This document shows, piece by piece, positions 1 through 10,069 of a stretch of 64,000 nt of DNA. The translations under genes and the position numbers were made by a program. This DNA is from an archaeon. Its GTDB lineage: Archaea; Iainarchaeota; Iainarchaeia; Iainarchaeales; Iainarchaeaceae. Position 1 is the first letter of the stretch. Every line of letters starts with the position of its first letter. The DNA lies in NCBI GenBank assembly GCA_035655435.1, contig DASRUN010000023.1, positions 29,437 through 93,436 on the forward strand. Direction: 5' to 3'. The notes under the pieces are model-generated. The model saw nothing but the letters and a program-made list of their open reading frames with translations, was not told the origin of the DNA and made no database searches.

Positions 1-1
1 T

Positions 2-484
2 TTTGTTTCAAATACTGATCCAGCACAGATTTTTCAGGAAGTAAAGGCTTCTGAAATTTTTGTTATTTCTCCCCAATTTGTTCAGAAGGGCCCTGAGAAC
101 AGTTTCATGCTTTCCAGCATAACTCTTTTTTCCGCGGTTTTAACGGATAAGCAGAAGAGCATTATTGTAATTGGAAGAATTCTTAATGAAAAAGGAGATT
201 TGGTTGAATGCCAATCCAATTTAGGGGATGTGAGAGTGAACCAAACCCTTGATTTGGATCTTTGCAATCAGATGTTAAACGATCCTGCAAATGTTAGAAT
301 TTTTGTTTCATTTCCAGATCCTTTGCTGCAAAAATCAAAGGTTATTCTTGAACAAAAAAAATTAACCATAATTCCCGCAACTTTTGAAAGCGTTTCGCAC
401 ACCTCTTTTGTGGTTCTTGATTCACTTTACGATGATTCCGAAGCAATTATAGAACGCGTAAACCAAATAGTGGAAAACATCTGA
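2..484 (+). CDS. hypothetical protein, 5' end lies outside window
   Basis: Reading frame of ORF 107..484 stays open back to the window start; no recognisable motif. Confidence 0.35.
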   Translation, partial: FVSNTDPAQIFQEVKASEIFVISPQFVQKGPENSFMLSSITLFSAVLTDKQKSIIVIGRILNEKGDLVECQSNLGDVRVNQTLDLDLCNQMLNDPANVRIFVSFPDPLLQKSKVILEQKKLTIIPATFESVSHTSFVVLDSLYDDSEAIIERVNQIVENI

Positions 485-577
485 TTGCACATTTGCAATA
501 ATAATTCTCCAAAAACAATTTCCCAACACCGGTTTTGGTAGTATTCTAATTGGTTTATAATTTTCTGCTGATCCAAT

Positions 578-1867
578 ATGTTGATGAACATTCGCCCGAG
601 AACAGTGCTTGCTTTTTTGGCATTGCTTGCGGTAATATATTTTTTTGTGAAAATTGTTTCCGTTTTCTGGCTCATAATAATTTTCAACATCGTGCTCCTG
701 TACATAAATAATGTTTTCATTTTCGCGTATTTAGAATTCAAGGGAAAGGAAAAGCCTGTTCCTGTAAAATGGCCGTTTGTGTCGATTGTAATTCCGAATT
801 ATAATGGCGCCAAAACAATTGCACAATGTGTTAATTCCTGCATTGAAATGGAGTATCGTGGAAAAAAAGAAATTATTGTTGTTGATGACGGTTCAACAGA
901 TTCTTCCAAAGATGAATTGCAAAAAATTAAGGGGATAAAAATTATTTTCAAAAAAAAGAATGCGGGGAAAGCCGCCGCTCTCAATGATGGAATTAAAATT
1001 GCAAAAGGAGAATATGTTGCCGCAATTGATTCGGATACTTTTCCCACAAAAATCGCTTTGGTGAAAATGATTCCGAAGTTCGGGGATAATGTTGCCGCGG
1101 TTACAGGCCTTGTGCGCGCGTACAAGCCAACCACTTTTATAGAAAAAATTCAAGAGGTTGAATATTTGATTTCCTTTGGTTTTTTTCAAACGGTTCTCGC
1201 TGAAATCAACGGAATTCTAGTAACTCCCGGTCCAATGAGTGTTTTCAAAAGAAGCGTGCTTTTGGAAATTGGCGGTTTTGATGAAAAAAACATTACCGAG
1301 GATATGGAGATTGCTTTGCGTTTGCAAAAGCACCGTTATAAAATTGCGGCGGCTCCCGAAGCCGTTATTTACACTGATGTTCCGAAAAAAATTTCGCATT
1401 TAATCAGGCAGCGCACGCGCTGGTATAGGGGAAAGTTCGTGAACACGCGCAAGTATTTTGAAATGGTGTTGAATCCAAAGTATGGTGAATTTGGAATGTT
1501 TAGTTTTCCTTTTTCTCTTGTGGCGGATGCGCTTGCTATTTTGTTGATTGTTGTTACTATTGCCGCAAATATTGAGGGAGTTTTTCAGTATCTTGGTTTT
1601 GTTGTTTCCTGGTTGGCTTTGAATGCGGGCATTTCAGGTTTGGTTCCCGCCGCGCCTGTATTGCATTCGAGCATCTACTTTTATGTTTTCACAATTATAA
1701 TGTACTCAATCCTCGTTTATTTGAGCCACAAGTTTGTGAATGATAATATTTCGATTTGGAAAATGCCTGAAATAATTTTTTATTTGTTTGTTTACGGATT
1801 TTTCATTTCATTTGTTTATTTCATCAGCTTTTTTAAAGAGATCAATTCAAGTGATTATATATGGTGA
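578..1867 (+). CDS. family-2 glycosyltransferase, membrane-integrated (processive GT2-like)
   Basis: VSIVIPNYNG, VVDDGSTD and DSD(T) GT-A motifs followed by several C-terminal hydrophobic helices. Confidence 0.8.
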   Translation: MLMNIRPRTVLAFLALLAVIYFFVKIVSVFWLIIIFNIVLLYINNVFIFAYLEFKGKEKPVPVKWPFVSIVIPNYNGAKTIAQCVNSCIEMEYRGKKEIIVVDDGSTDSSKDELQKIKGIKIIFKKKNAGKAAALNDGIKIAKGEYVAAIDSDTFPTKIALVKMIPKFGDNVAAVTGLVRAYKPTTFIEKIQEVEYLISFGFFQTVLAEINGILVTPGPMSVFKRSVLLEIGGFDEKNITEDMEIALRLQKHRYKIAAAPEAVIYTDVPKKISHLIRQRTRWYRGKFVNTRKYFEMVLNPKYGEFGMFSFPFSLVADALAILLIVVTIAANIEGVFQYLGFVVSWLALNAGISGLVPAAPVLHSSIYFYVFTIIMYSILVYLSHKFVNDNISIWKMPEIIFYLFVYGFFISFVYFISFFKEINSSDYIW

Positions 1868-2502
1868 ACAGGTATTTGAAAGCGTTTTTTTTGACGCTCG
1901 CAATTTTGATTGTGGGGCTTGTCGCAATAAGTTTTATTGACAACTCGCGCATAAGTAGCATTTCAGATTCTGTTGAAAGCAGTTCTCTTGAATTGCAGGC
2001 TTCGCAGCAATTGTTTTTGTATGAAGCCGTTTTCCCGGATGAAACTCTTTGCAGTGTTCTGAACAAGAGAATAGAGCTTCAAAAAAATCAATCCATTTCG
2101 GTTTTGAATGAAATTGAGTCAGCGCAAAACAATTCATTATTCGGAAACACCGGTTTATTGAAAAAGAAATTTTTGCTCCAGAATGTGGAATTGTATCTTC
2201 TCATAAAAAAGGCGGAAAATGATTGTGGGAGCAAAGAGATAATTCCTATTCTTTATTTTTTTCCGGACAAAGTTTATTGCGCTGATTGTGCTTCTCAGGC
2301 AAAGGTTTTGGATTCTGTTGCGGCAAAGTGTTCAAATGTAAGGGTTTTTGCTTTTCCAACAGACCTTGATGTTCCTGTAATAGATTTGCTTTCTGCAAAA
2401 TATTCTGTTAAAACTCATCCTAGTTTGGTTGTAAATGATAAGAAACTTGAGGGCGTTATTTCAGAACCCGGCCTTCTCAAAGAGTTCTCTTGTAGGCAAT
2501 AA
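1861..2502 (+). CDS. hypothetical membrane-anchored protein
   Basis: N-terminal TM helix; overlaps GT2 stop by 7 nt (same operon). Confidence 0.45.
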   Translation: MVNRYLKAFFLTLAILIVGLVAISFIDNSRISSISDSVESSSLELQASQQLFLYEAVFPDETLCSVLNKRIELQKNQSISVLNEIESAQNNSLFGNTGLLKKKFLLQNVELYLLIKKAENDCGSKEIIPILYFFPDKVYCADCASQAKVLDSVAAKCSNVRVFAFPTDLDVPVIDLLSAKYSVKTHPSLVVNDKKLEGVISEPGLLKEFSCRQ

Positions 2503-2585
2503 TTGCTCATAGTTAAGCCCTAAATTATGCTTATTTTGCCTCAAAAGCAGGTTTTTTGCTGTTTTATTGGGGTTTTTCTTGCTTT

Positions 2586-3836
2586 TCAGGGTGTTTTCAT
2601 TAGTTCTCGCAGGATTGTGGTTGCATAGTTGCCCTTGTCCAGTGTAAATGAGAGGCTTATTTTGAGTTTGCCTTCGTTTGTCTCATCTTCCATGATTTTG
2701 AGTATTTTGGGGTTTTCGGGTTTCAAGCTGATTTTTTTCCTTGTTCCTGTACAGCTTAATTCCGGGAATCCTTTTACTTTGAAATCGCTTAATTTCAGGT
2801 TTTCGTTTTTCAATATTTTTTTTTCAATTTCTCCCGGAATTCCAGTTGCAAGTTCCGAGTCAATGCCGAATAAAGCACCCATTGGAATTTCATCTTCGAG
2901 TACATCTCCCTCAACCGCTTTCAATCCTATTCCGCGTTCTATTCTTTCATTAATTATTTCATTGAACAAATAACTTTGGTATGCGTGTGTGAACATGTAA
3001 ACCAGATTTTTTGGAAGCATTTGAAACGCACCCACATAATCTCTTGGAAATTTGCACAAGTGTTGTAGAATAAGTCTTTCGTATCTAAATTTTGTGGGAA
3101 ATTCTTTTGTTGCTTTTACAAAATCTTTTGTTTCTGCCAGATTTTTTCGCGCAATTGCAATTGATTCCTCTTCTTCTTTTGCGGGGGATGTTAAGTACAT
3201 CATTATTGCGTTTTCAAAGTTTCCTTTTATGAATTCTTTTCCGACTCTATGAGTTACTTTTCTTATTCCCCCAAATCTTTGTTCTCCGAAATAATTCGCC
3301 ACTCCGTTTTCCATTTCCTTGAGGCTTTTCTCTGTTGTTTTTTTGAGTTCGCTTTCTTTCATTTCAATATTTCTTATTGTTATTTCAAATTCGTTTTTTG
3401 AAAGATTTCCAATAGTAAGTTTTTCCGTTCCCCAAGAGGGGTTTGAAAGTGAAATATATCTGCTGTAAAATTTTTCCACTAATTGAACATCCGGTTGCCA
3501 AATGGAAATTTTTTGTATTGTTATTGCGCGCTTATCTTTCATTCCCGCATAACCGATTCGTTTCTGTGAAAACCGCAATGCGCGCGCAATTCTTTTCACG
3601 GCCTCATTTGTGTCAAGATTAAATTTTTCCATTTCCAAATAAAGTTGGTCCATGGATTCCGGTTGTTGAGGGATTTTCAATTCAATTTCTTTTTTCCCTT
3701 CCCAATCTCCGAATGCCTTGTTTTCAAGTTTTTTTCCGTTGCGCGGAATTTCTCTAACAATAAAATCAGGAATTTTTCTTTTTATTTCGCCCCCAATTCC
3801 TTTGGTGGTTGTAGTATAGTTAATTATCCCGGTCAT
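2586..3836 (-). CDS. truD: tRNA pseudouridine synthase TruD/Pus7 family
   Basis: IGYAGMKDKRA motif (catalytic Asp of TruD family), FIVREI N-terminus. Confidence 0.65.
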   Translation of the reverse strand: MTGIINYTTTTKGIGGEIKRKIPDFIVREIPRNGKKLENKAFGDWEGKKEIELKIPQQPESMDQLYLEMEKFNLDTNEAVKRIARALRFSQKRIGYAGMKDKRAITIQKISIWQPDVQLVEKFYSRYISLSNPSWGTEKLTIGNLSKNEFEITIRNIEMKESELKKTTEKSLKEMENGVANYFGEQRFGGIRKVTHRVGKEFIKGNFENAIMMYLTSPAKEEEESIAIARKNLAETKDFVKATKEFPTKFRYERLILQHLCKFPRDYVGAFQMLPKNLVYMFTHAYQSYLFNEIINERIERGIGLKAVEGDVLEDEIPMGALFGIDSELATGIPGEIEKKILKNENLKLSDFKVKGFPELSCTGTRKKISLKPENPKILKIMEDETNEGKLKISLSFTLDKGNYATTILRELMKTP

Positions 3837-3846
3837 TTCAAATCAA

Positions 3847-6372
3847 TCAGATTCTATATCTTAATATTGCGCCCACTCCGCCGAAGCCGGCGTAGAATTG
3901 TTCTCCTTCAGGTGTTTCATTGGAAATTACAATGAGTTTTGCGCTTGTTTGGCCAGCCTTTTCCGCCATGTAATCCAAAAAATCCACTTCTTCAAGAATT
4001 TCAAAAGACCCCTTATCTCTATAATCGCTTAACCTGAATTTTCCATCTTTATCAAGTACTATTTCTATTTCTTCCGTGTCAAGATTTTTCAATTTGTACA
4101 CTATCCACTCTATTGCCTCGCTTACCAATAGTTTATTTACTTGCCCAAGTTCAAGGCATTTCATTGTTTCCGCATAACCATATGCCGCGAGCCCGTCTTT
4201 TGCGAGTTCCCCAAGAAAACCGTTTACTAATACTTTTTCTTTCATGAGATCTGTGTCGCGCAAAAGTTCCTCAGATCTCTGGACTAATTCTCTTATTCCG
4301 GATTCATCAGTGTATGATGTGTCTATTGATCCTATTATTTTTTTCTTCAATCTATGATCTAACAAATCCGTGTTCAAAAAAAATTGTTTTGTCATTCCCG
4401 GGCCGCCGATTATTATTCCAACAAGTTTGTCTTCGTAACCAACAAATGCCATGTTCATTTTTTCGCTGATTCTTTTGTAAAAATTGTGTTCTTCCTCTTC
4501 GCGAAGTCTTTCAAAACGCTGAGCGGAATTATGTACAATTAATCCGTTTGCGATGAAGTTGTGTGTCTTCGTTTCGATGTCTATGGTTTTGTGCAATCCT
4601 ATTGGTTCTATTTTTGATATTTTGACAGGTATAAGATTGGAATTATAGAACATATCAAGTCTTTTTTTTAGTTCGGGATTAGTTATTTTATCAAGAATGT
4701 TTTTCTTGAACAGTTCCTTGCTTAGCTGTTTTTTATTAATAAAAAAGTCCGGGCATTTGAATTGTGTTGTGGTTACGCCTGAATTTCTCAGAATTTTTGC
4801 GATTTCTTTTCCATTTACTGCGATTTGTCTGACCTTATTTCTGTTGCTTCTTTTTGCCACAAGTTTGTTGAGCTTGCCTTGTTTTTCTTTTGACGCAAAA
4901 TTTGTCAATTCCCTAAATTTCTTTAATGATTCTATATCGCAGATTTCCAATGTGTATCTGGTTTTCTTTGAATACGGGTTTTTTCTGTTGTCATATTCAA
5001 GTAAGGAACCTATTATGCCTAATCTAAGTAATGCTATTTGGAATTGTTTTGCCAAGTTTTTGTTGTTTATTCCAAATGCTACTCTTGAACTGGAAACATA
5101 TCCTTCCGCGTCAAAAAAACCCGAAATAAATTGTGCAAGTATGTTATCGGGGGACATTAATACTATTGGCGGTATTACTCCTTGTAGCGTCTTTTGTTCT
5201 GTGCCGAATATGTGTGCAAACAGTTGAGCAACTATTCTGCTTCCCACTCTTGTTTGATAATATCCTTTTTCCGTCCTAAATCTAATTTTGGCGTCTGTTT
5301 TCAGGGTTTGTTCAATCAGTTTTTTGTAGAAATTTGCAATCTCTTCTCTTTCCTCGGAGAAACCTATTCTATCGGTCTCATAATTTCCATCCCCCAAATA
5401 ATAACCGAATATTCTTGCGAGTTCAGAGTTTAATTTGTGCGGAATGCTTATTTTTTTCATGTTCCATTCCTGTTTTATTTGAGGTGTGAAATCCAACAAT
5501 TGTTCTTTTAAGTCCAGATTGATTTTTTCCGGCATCAACAAGTAATTTCCGGTTTTTATTTCTTCAAGCGGTTTTGTTTCTATTCCATTTTCCGTTCTTA
5601 CAAAAAATATGTGATCTTTTGAGGATTTTATTTCAAATCTCGGATATTGCGTGGTTATTTTGAATAATTCTTTCTCATTCTCCCATTTGGCGATGATTGG
5701 GGTTTGTTCTGTTTTTTCAATGTTAAAGTTCTCTGAAATTATAAGCAACGGATTATGCGTTTTTTCTATTTGAACAATTTCCCCATTGTCTTTCATAATA
5801 AGCGTATCCGGAGAAAGGCATTGTCCCCCTGCTCTTTGTTTTCCGCTGTATCCTGAGTTAAAGTGTCCGATTATTTCGTATCTTTTTCCAATGAGTGTTG
5901 CGATTGTTGCTTCATTTTTGTCTATTGTCAGCATTGCATAAACTCTGCTTGGTTTAACCATGTCTTTGAGCGGTTCTAAGTGGAATGTTGAATCGCACCA
6001 ATAGAGTTTTGTTTTTAGTTCCTGTAAGGGGCGTATTGTAAAAAGTCTGATGTCTGTTCTTCCCTCTGTTTCGGAAATGTTTCCGGCAAAAACAACTATT
6101 CCGTTTTTTGGTATTTTGAAATCAATTTGTTTCAAAAAATTTATTATTTTTCTTAACGCGCCTTGTACATTTTTCCTTGTTGAGGGGCTTTTGATGTTCG
6201 AGCTTTGTGATATTTCTTCCGTTAATTGTCCCATAACAGAACTTCTATCCGTGCTTGGGGGAATGTATACAGTAATCATTTCTGTTCCTCTTCCCGAGTA
6301 TTGGGTCAGTTTTTTTATTTTCTTTTTGAAAACAACTTCATCGCTTTGCGAAGAATCAACATCATATTCCAT
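3847..6372 (-). CDS. prf1: peptide chain release factor aRF1 (eRF1 homolog) interrupted by an intein
   Basis: VYIPP, NIKS motif, GGQ immediately followed by Cys...HN then SAQRFERLR (GGQSALRFxRLR split), eRF1 domain 3 at C-terminus; mature length about 410 aa. Confidence 0.9.
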   Translation of the reverse strand: MEYDVDSSQSDEVVFKKKIKKLTQYSGRGTEMITVYIPPSTDRSSVMGQLTEEISQSSNIKSPSTRKNVQGALRKIINFLKQIDFKIPKNGIVVFAGNISETEGRTDIRLFTIRPLQELKTKLYWCDSTFHLEPLKDMVKPSRVYAMLTIDKNEATIATLIGKRYEIIGHFNSGYSGKQRAGGQCLSPDTLIMKDNGEIVQIEKTHNPLLIISENFNIEKTEQTPIIAKWENEKELFKITTQYPRFEIKSSKDHIFFVRTENGIETKPLEEIKTGNYLLMPEKINLDLKEQLLDFTPQIKQEWNMKKISIPHKLNSELARIFGYYLGDGNYETDRIGFSEEREEIANFYKKLIEQTLKTDAKIRFRTEKGYYQTRVGSRIVAQLFAHIFGTEQKTLQGVIPPIVLMSPDNILAQFISGFFDAEGYVSSSRVAFGINNKNLAKQFQIALLRLGIIGSLLEYDNRKNPYSKKTRYTLEICDIESLKKFRELTNFASKEKQGKLNKLVAKRSNRNKVRQIAVNGKEIAKILRNSGVTTTQFKCPDFFINKKQLSKELFKKNILDKITNPELKKRLDMFYNSNLIPVKISKIEPIGLHKTIDIETKTHNFIANGLIVHNSAQRFERLREEEEHNFYKRISEKMNMAFVGYEDKLVGIIIGGPGMTKQFFLNTDLLDHRLKKKIIGSIDTSYTDESGIRELVQRSEELLRDTDLMKEKVLVNGFLGELAKDGLAAYGYAETMKCLELGQVNKLLVSEAIEWIVYKLKNLDTEEIEIVLDKDGKFRLSDYRDKGSFEILEEVDFLDYMAEKAGQTSAKLIVISNETPEGEQFYAGFGGVGAILRYRI
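4528..5820 (-). mobile_element. intein (431 aa) with LAGLIDADG homing-endonuclease domain inserted after GGQ of aRF1
   Basis: Starts Cys185 (CLSPDTLIM), ends VHN + Ser; LAGLIDADG blocks IFGYYLGDGNYE and LAQFISGFFDAEGYVS; codon check of junction done on sequence. Confidence 0.8.
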
Positions 6373-6458
6373 GGTTATCCCTAAGTAATTTGAATTAGAA
6401 TCAGGTCAAGCATTAAGGCTTGAATTCATGATATAATTGCGCCTCCAATCCCTTATAA

Positions 6459-7526
6459 TTGTTGCTTTTACAAACAATTAAATTGAATGATTTCGTTAAG
6501 CTTTGTATGCCGGAAGGTCATAACCCGCGGAAGCCACCAAAAGAAGAAGCTCAAAGAGTGCCTCGAAAAGATGGTTCTGAAGACCAATATTTTGTAAATG
6601 CCGAGACAGTACGTCAAGGGATAGCGGCTCAAAATAGAAAGCATGAAAAAGAAAGAGTTCACATGCAGCAACAACACGCAGAAGAAATTTCGAAACTTAG
6701 AGCAGCACAACCGCAGTCAAGAAGAAAGTTTTTGTATAGATTGGGGGATGCGGGTCTCGGAGCTTTTATAGGATACGAGCTATCTCGTATTTTTGGAGTG
6801 GGAAAAAAGAAGGCGATAAAAGAAGCTGATAAAAGAACACGGGCTGAAAATGTTACTACGCATAATCAGGGCATTATAGATGCATTTCAGGCAAATCAGC
6901 CTGTGTTTGAGAAACTTGTGACCATGCCAGGGGAACATGGAGGAGTCATTTATTTTGATGGCCGCGAAGGAAAAATAAAAATTCGTTTTGCTGAAGAAAT
7001 GGGCATTAAATCGGATTTGAATCTTTTGCTTTCTCAGATTAATAGTGGGGATTTGAGACAAGTTGATCTAAATCTGTACTCGATGTTTGGGGGTGCTTTT
7101 GAAAAGCATGCTGTATCTAATGGACATGATGCAAAAAAAGTGCATGACTATATTGAGAAATTTAAATTGAGAATCTATATGGCGCAGAATGCGAAAGAAA
7201 AGCCGCTGCTTTCTGATGCAGAAAAAAAGGAATACTCTTCGGTTCTTCACTATATTGAATATCTGCGGGACGTTAGTTTTCCTATTTCAGGTTTAAATGA
7301 GGCCGCTGCAGAAATTAATCAACATACAGATGCAACTGCTATTGGAATTCTTCGTATACATCCTTACGGGACCGGGCAGACTAAAGCGGATGCAGAAACT
7401 ACAATTGAGGGTTTTCCGATTTTTGTTGTCTCAAAAGAGCCGAACAGTCAAAACATTCGACTCACTGGTATTTTTAGTTCTTCTACTCCGCAACATCCTT
7501 TTCCTTCAGTAACTCTTGAGAAGTAA
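6459..7526 (+). CDS. hypothetical protein with one predicted TM segment (start uncertain)
   Basis: Long ORF, hydrophobic stretch FLYRLGDAGLGAFIGYELSRIFGV; slightly higher GC and different Arg/Ala codon choice than neighbours. Confidence 0.4.
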   Translation: MLLLQTIKLNDFVKLCMPEGHNPRKPPKEEAQRVPRKDGSEDQYFVNAETVRQGIAAQNRKHEKERVHMQQQHAEEISKLRAAQPQSRRKFLYRLGDAGLGAFIGYELSRIFGVGKKKAIKEADKRTRAENVTTHNQGIIDAFQANQPVFEKLVTMPGEHGGVIYFDGREGKIKIRFAEEMGIKSDLNLLLSQINSGDLRQVDLNLYSMFGGAFEKHAVSNGHDAKKVHDYIEKFKLRIYMAQNAKEKPLLSDAEKKEYSSVLHYIEYLRDVSFPISGLNEAAAEINQHTDATAIGILRIHPYGTGQTKADAETTIEGFPIFVVSKEPNSQNIRLTGIFSSSTPQHPFPSVTLEK

Positions 7527-8466
7527 AACCTTAAATAATTCAAATCCCATTGGAGTTATTATGTTCGATATTTTCAACCAGGTTCAAGAACCCCCGCAGG
7601 ATGACGCGGTTTATTCGAATGAAAAGAAAATTCCTGTTGGAAATGTTTTTGTTATTTCCGTTGGCGGAAGCTTAATTGTAAACGAAACTCCAAACCCTGA
7701 AATGTTGCAAAAAATTGCCAATGCTGTTTCCTCGCTACATGATTCGGGTAAGAAGATTGTTCTTGTTGTAGGGGGAGGAAAAACAGCAAGGAATTATGTA
7801 GAAGCTTTTGGTTCTTTGAATAATTTTGAAAAAGATTTGTTAGGAATACAGATTACGCGCGCAAACGCTTTTCTTCTTGCTTCTTACATTCCCAACGCGC
7901 ATAAAGAAGTGCTTTCTGAAATCACTCATGCAAAATCAATTTTGGATTCCGGAAAAATTCCCGTGTTTGGAGGGTTAATGCCTTTTTTCACAACCGATGC
8001 CGTAGGCGCATTACTCGCAGAATATCTTGGGGGTTCTTTCATAAACCTCACTAATGTTGCCGGCATTTATAATGCAGATCCAAAAGAATTTGCCGAAGCA
8101 AAGAGGTTTGATGAAATAAGCTATTCAAGATTGGTTTCAATGATTTCTGATGTCGGTTCAATGCCGGGCCAGAATGTTGTTCTGGATCTTGCTTGTTGTA
8201 TGATTTTGCAAAGGAGTAGAATTCCTGCTGTTGTTCTTGATGGAAATGATACCGATAATTTTTCTAATTATATAAGGGGTTTTTCTTTTGTTGGAACTGT
8301 TATAAAAGAAAATGCACAGGAAGAAATCAGTAGCGAGGAAATCGAGGAACTAATGCCTAAAAAAAAGCCTCGCAAAAAGAAAAAATCAAACGCTTCTGAA
8401 AAAATCAAAGTTTATCGCGACGACGAACCATTCAGCGCTAGAGATATTAATAATTTGAAGCTTTAA
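7516..8466 (+). CDS. pyrH: amino-acid-kinase family protein, UMP kinase-like, with Lys-rich C-terminal tail
   Basis: VFVISVGGSLIV and VLVVGGGKTARNYV motifs typical of archaeal UMP kinase; KKKPRKKKKS tail. Confidence 0.55.
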   Translation: MRSKTLNNSNPIGVIMFDIFNQVQEPPQDDAVYSNEKKIPVGNVFVISVGGSLIVNETPNPEMLQKIANAVSSLHDSGKKIVLVVGGGKTARNYVEAFGSLNNFEKDLLGIQITRANAFLLASYIPNAHKEVLSEITHAKSILDSGKIPVFGGLMPFFTTDAVGALLAEYLGGSFINLTNVAGIYNADPKEFAEAKRFDEISYSRLVSMISDVGSMPGQNVVLDLACCMILQRSRIPAVVLDGNDTDNFSNYIRGFSFVGTVIKENAQEEISSEEIEELMPKKKPRKKKKSNASEKIKVYRDDEPFSARDINNLKL

Positions 8467-8468
8467 AT

Positions 8469-9032
8469 TTATTCTATTTTTTCTTTTAATATGTTAGCGA
8501 CATTCAAAACAAGATGTGTCTCATCAGGTGTAGTTGTTGTAAATCCCGTCTTGGTTTTTATCAAAACATTTCTTGTTTTTGTTATTACAAATTCATGAGG
8601 TGGAATATTGACAAATTCTGCCGGATCTTCACGAAACTTTCTTACACCTAAGTAGTTTGATTGTTTGGCATACTCTTTGAGGTGCTCTTCACTAGCAAAT
8701 GTAATGGGGTTTCTTATATCTGTGAAAATTTTTAATAATGCACTTTTTACTTGGGGTTCAACTTCAGCTCTTCTCTGCGTGTTGCCTTGCATTCCAAAAA
8801 TTTCCGTTCCCTTTAGGCTAGTTTTCACTAAATATGTTCTGGTTCTTCCTCCACGAAATTTTGCTCTAAGAAAAAATGTTGCACCGTTTTTGTGTGGAGG
8901 CCCCCTCTTAGTCCCAAACCATTCAAAATCGTTCACTATCACTCTTTTTGCAGGACGAGGTTTTGCCGAACTTCCTCCTTCATTTTTTTGGGAAAATAAG
9001 ACTAATCGTCTTCGTTCAATTCCAATTACCAT
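8469..9032 (-). CDS. rps8e: ribosomal protein S8e (tentative)
   Basis: Basic 187-aa protein; GIERRR/GGSSAKPRPAKR and AKFRGGRTRTYLV resemble S8e N-terminal and RGG blocks. Confidence 0.45.
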   Translation of the reverse strand: MVIGIERRRLVLFSQKNEGGSSAKPRPAKRVIVNDFEWFGTKRGPPHKNGATFFLRAKFRGGRTRTYLVKTSLKGTEIFGMQGNTQRRAEVEPQVKSALLKIFTDIRNPITFASEEHLKEYAKQSNYLGVRKFREDPAEFVNIPPHEFVITKTRNVLIKTKTGFTTTTPDETHLVLNVANILKEKIE

Positions 9033-9042
9033 TCAAATCACT

Positions 9043-10053
9043 CTAATGCATAAACTCATCGGGCTTCCAGTCTTCCCATTTCTTTTCGCCCAATGCTATT
9101 AGGCATTCTGTGGGATTTATAATTAACGTTTTCCAATTATCAGCATCATCCAATACAATCCTGTTGCAGGCAGTATTCACTAAGCAATCAAATCCCGTTC
9201 CCAGCATATACGATTCGTTCACAAGATCCATTTCAAGCAAATATGCTTTTTTTCCGTGTTTTTCAATTGCCTTTTTGATTTCAAGTGCTTTTTGGAATTG
9301 CCTTTGTCCTGATTTTACCGTAACAATTATCCCGAATTTTTTTGCTTCTGAAGCTCTTGCAATCGCCCCAAATCTTTTTCTCATAAAGCGATCGCGGTTC
9401 TTTTCCGATATTTCTTCCACAGTTCCGTGTAATGGGTTAACAACAATTACTGGTTTTTCCGTGGAAAAAACCAATCCTTGCGGATGAAAATAACCATCGC
9501 CAAAGTAAACATTTGCCTGTACACTTGGTTGAATTGTTTCAACAACAGTATAATTGCATCCAAGCACTTGTCCTTCGGAAGCAATTCTGCGCGACCCTTC
9601 CCCGGTATAAGAATTGATTTTGTGTTTTGATAATTCTTTTTTGATTTCCGGGAGAAAGTTTTTGTATTGTGTATTTGCTATGAGTGAAATCGAATTCACT
9701 TTTCTTTTTTCCAATTCTTGCACCAATTTTTGAATATTTTTTCGAAGTTCTGTTGCTGACATTTTGTATTCGCACGGAACATAAAAAATATTTTTGTGTT
9801 TATGAATAACCGCATGCCCAATATGGATTACTGCATCAGCGTTCAGTACTTTCATGTCATTTAATGGAAGGTCGCATGCTCCGTAGCATGGGTCCATTTT
9901 CATGAAAATGTTTTCCGTGCTCGCACTTAATTCATCCAGGATGAATTGTGTTTTGTCTTTGAGTCCTTCGGGGATTTGTACTATTACTGTTTTGGCGTTG
10001 GTTTCTTTTAAGAATTTTTTTGCCCCGGAGAGATCCACAATTAGTTCAGGCAT
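9043..10053 (-). CDS. dph2: diphthamide biosynthesis protein Dph2 (2-(3-amino-3-carboxypropyl)histidine synthase)
   Basis: Three-domain layout with conserved Cys (CYGACDL, VPCEY, CNYT) characteristic of Dph2. Confidence 0.7.
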   Translation of the reverse strand: MPELIVDLSGAKKFLKETNAKTVIVQIPEGLKDKTQFILDELSASTENIFMKMDPCYGACDLPLNDMKVLNADAVIHIGHAVIHKHKNIFYVPCEYKMSATELRKNIQKLVQELEKRKVNSISLIANTQYKNFLPEIKKELSKHKINSYTGEGSRRIASEGQVLGCNYTVVETIQPSVQANVYFGDGYFHPQGLVFSTEKPVIVVNPLHGTVEEISEKNRDRFMRKRFGAIARASEAKKFGIIVTVKSGQRQFQKALEIKKAIEKHGKKAYLLEMDLVNESYMLGTGFDCLVNTACNRIVLDDADNWKTLIINPTECLIALGEKKWEDWKPDEFMH

Positions 10054-10069
10054 AATTAGAATTCAAATT

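Noticed and set aside
8469-9032. L15e assignment for ORF 8469..9032
   Set aside because: The L15e signature (NSYWVGEDG) is in ORF 52296..52916; this ORF fits S8e better.
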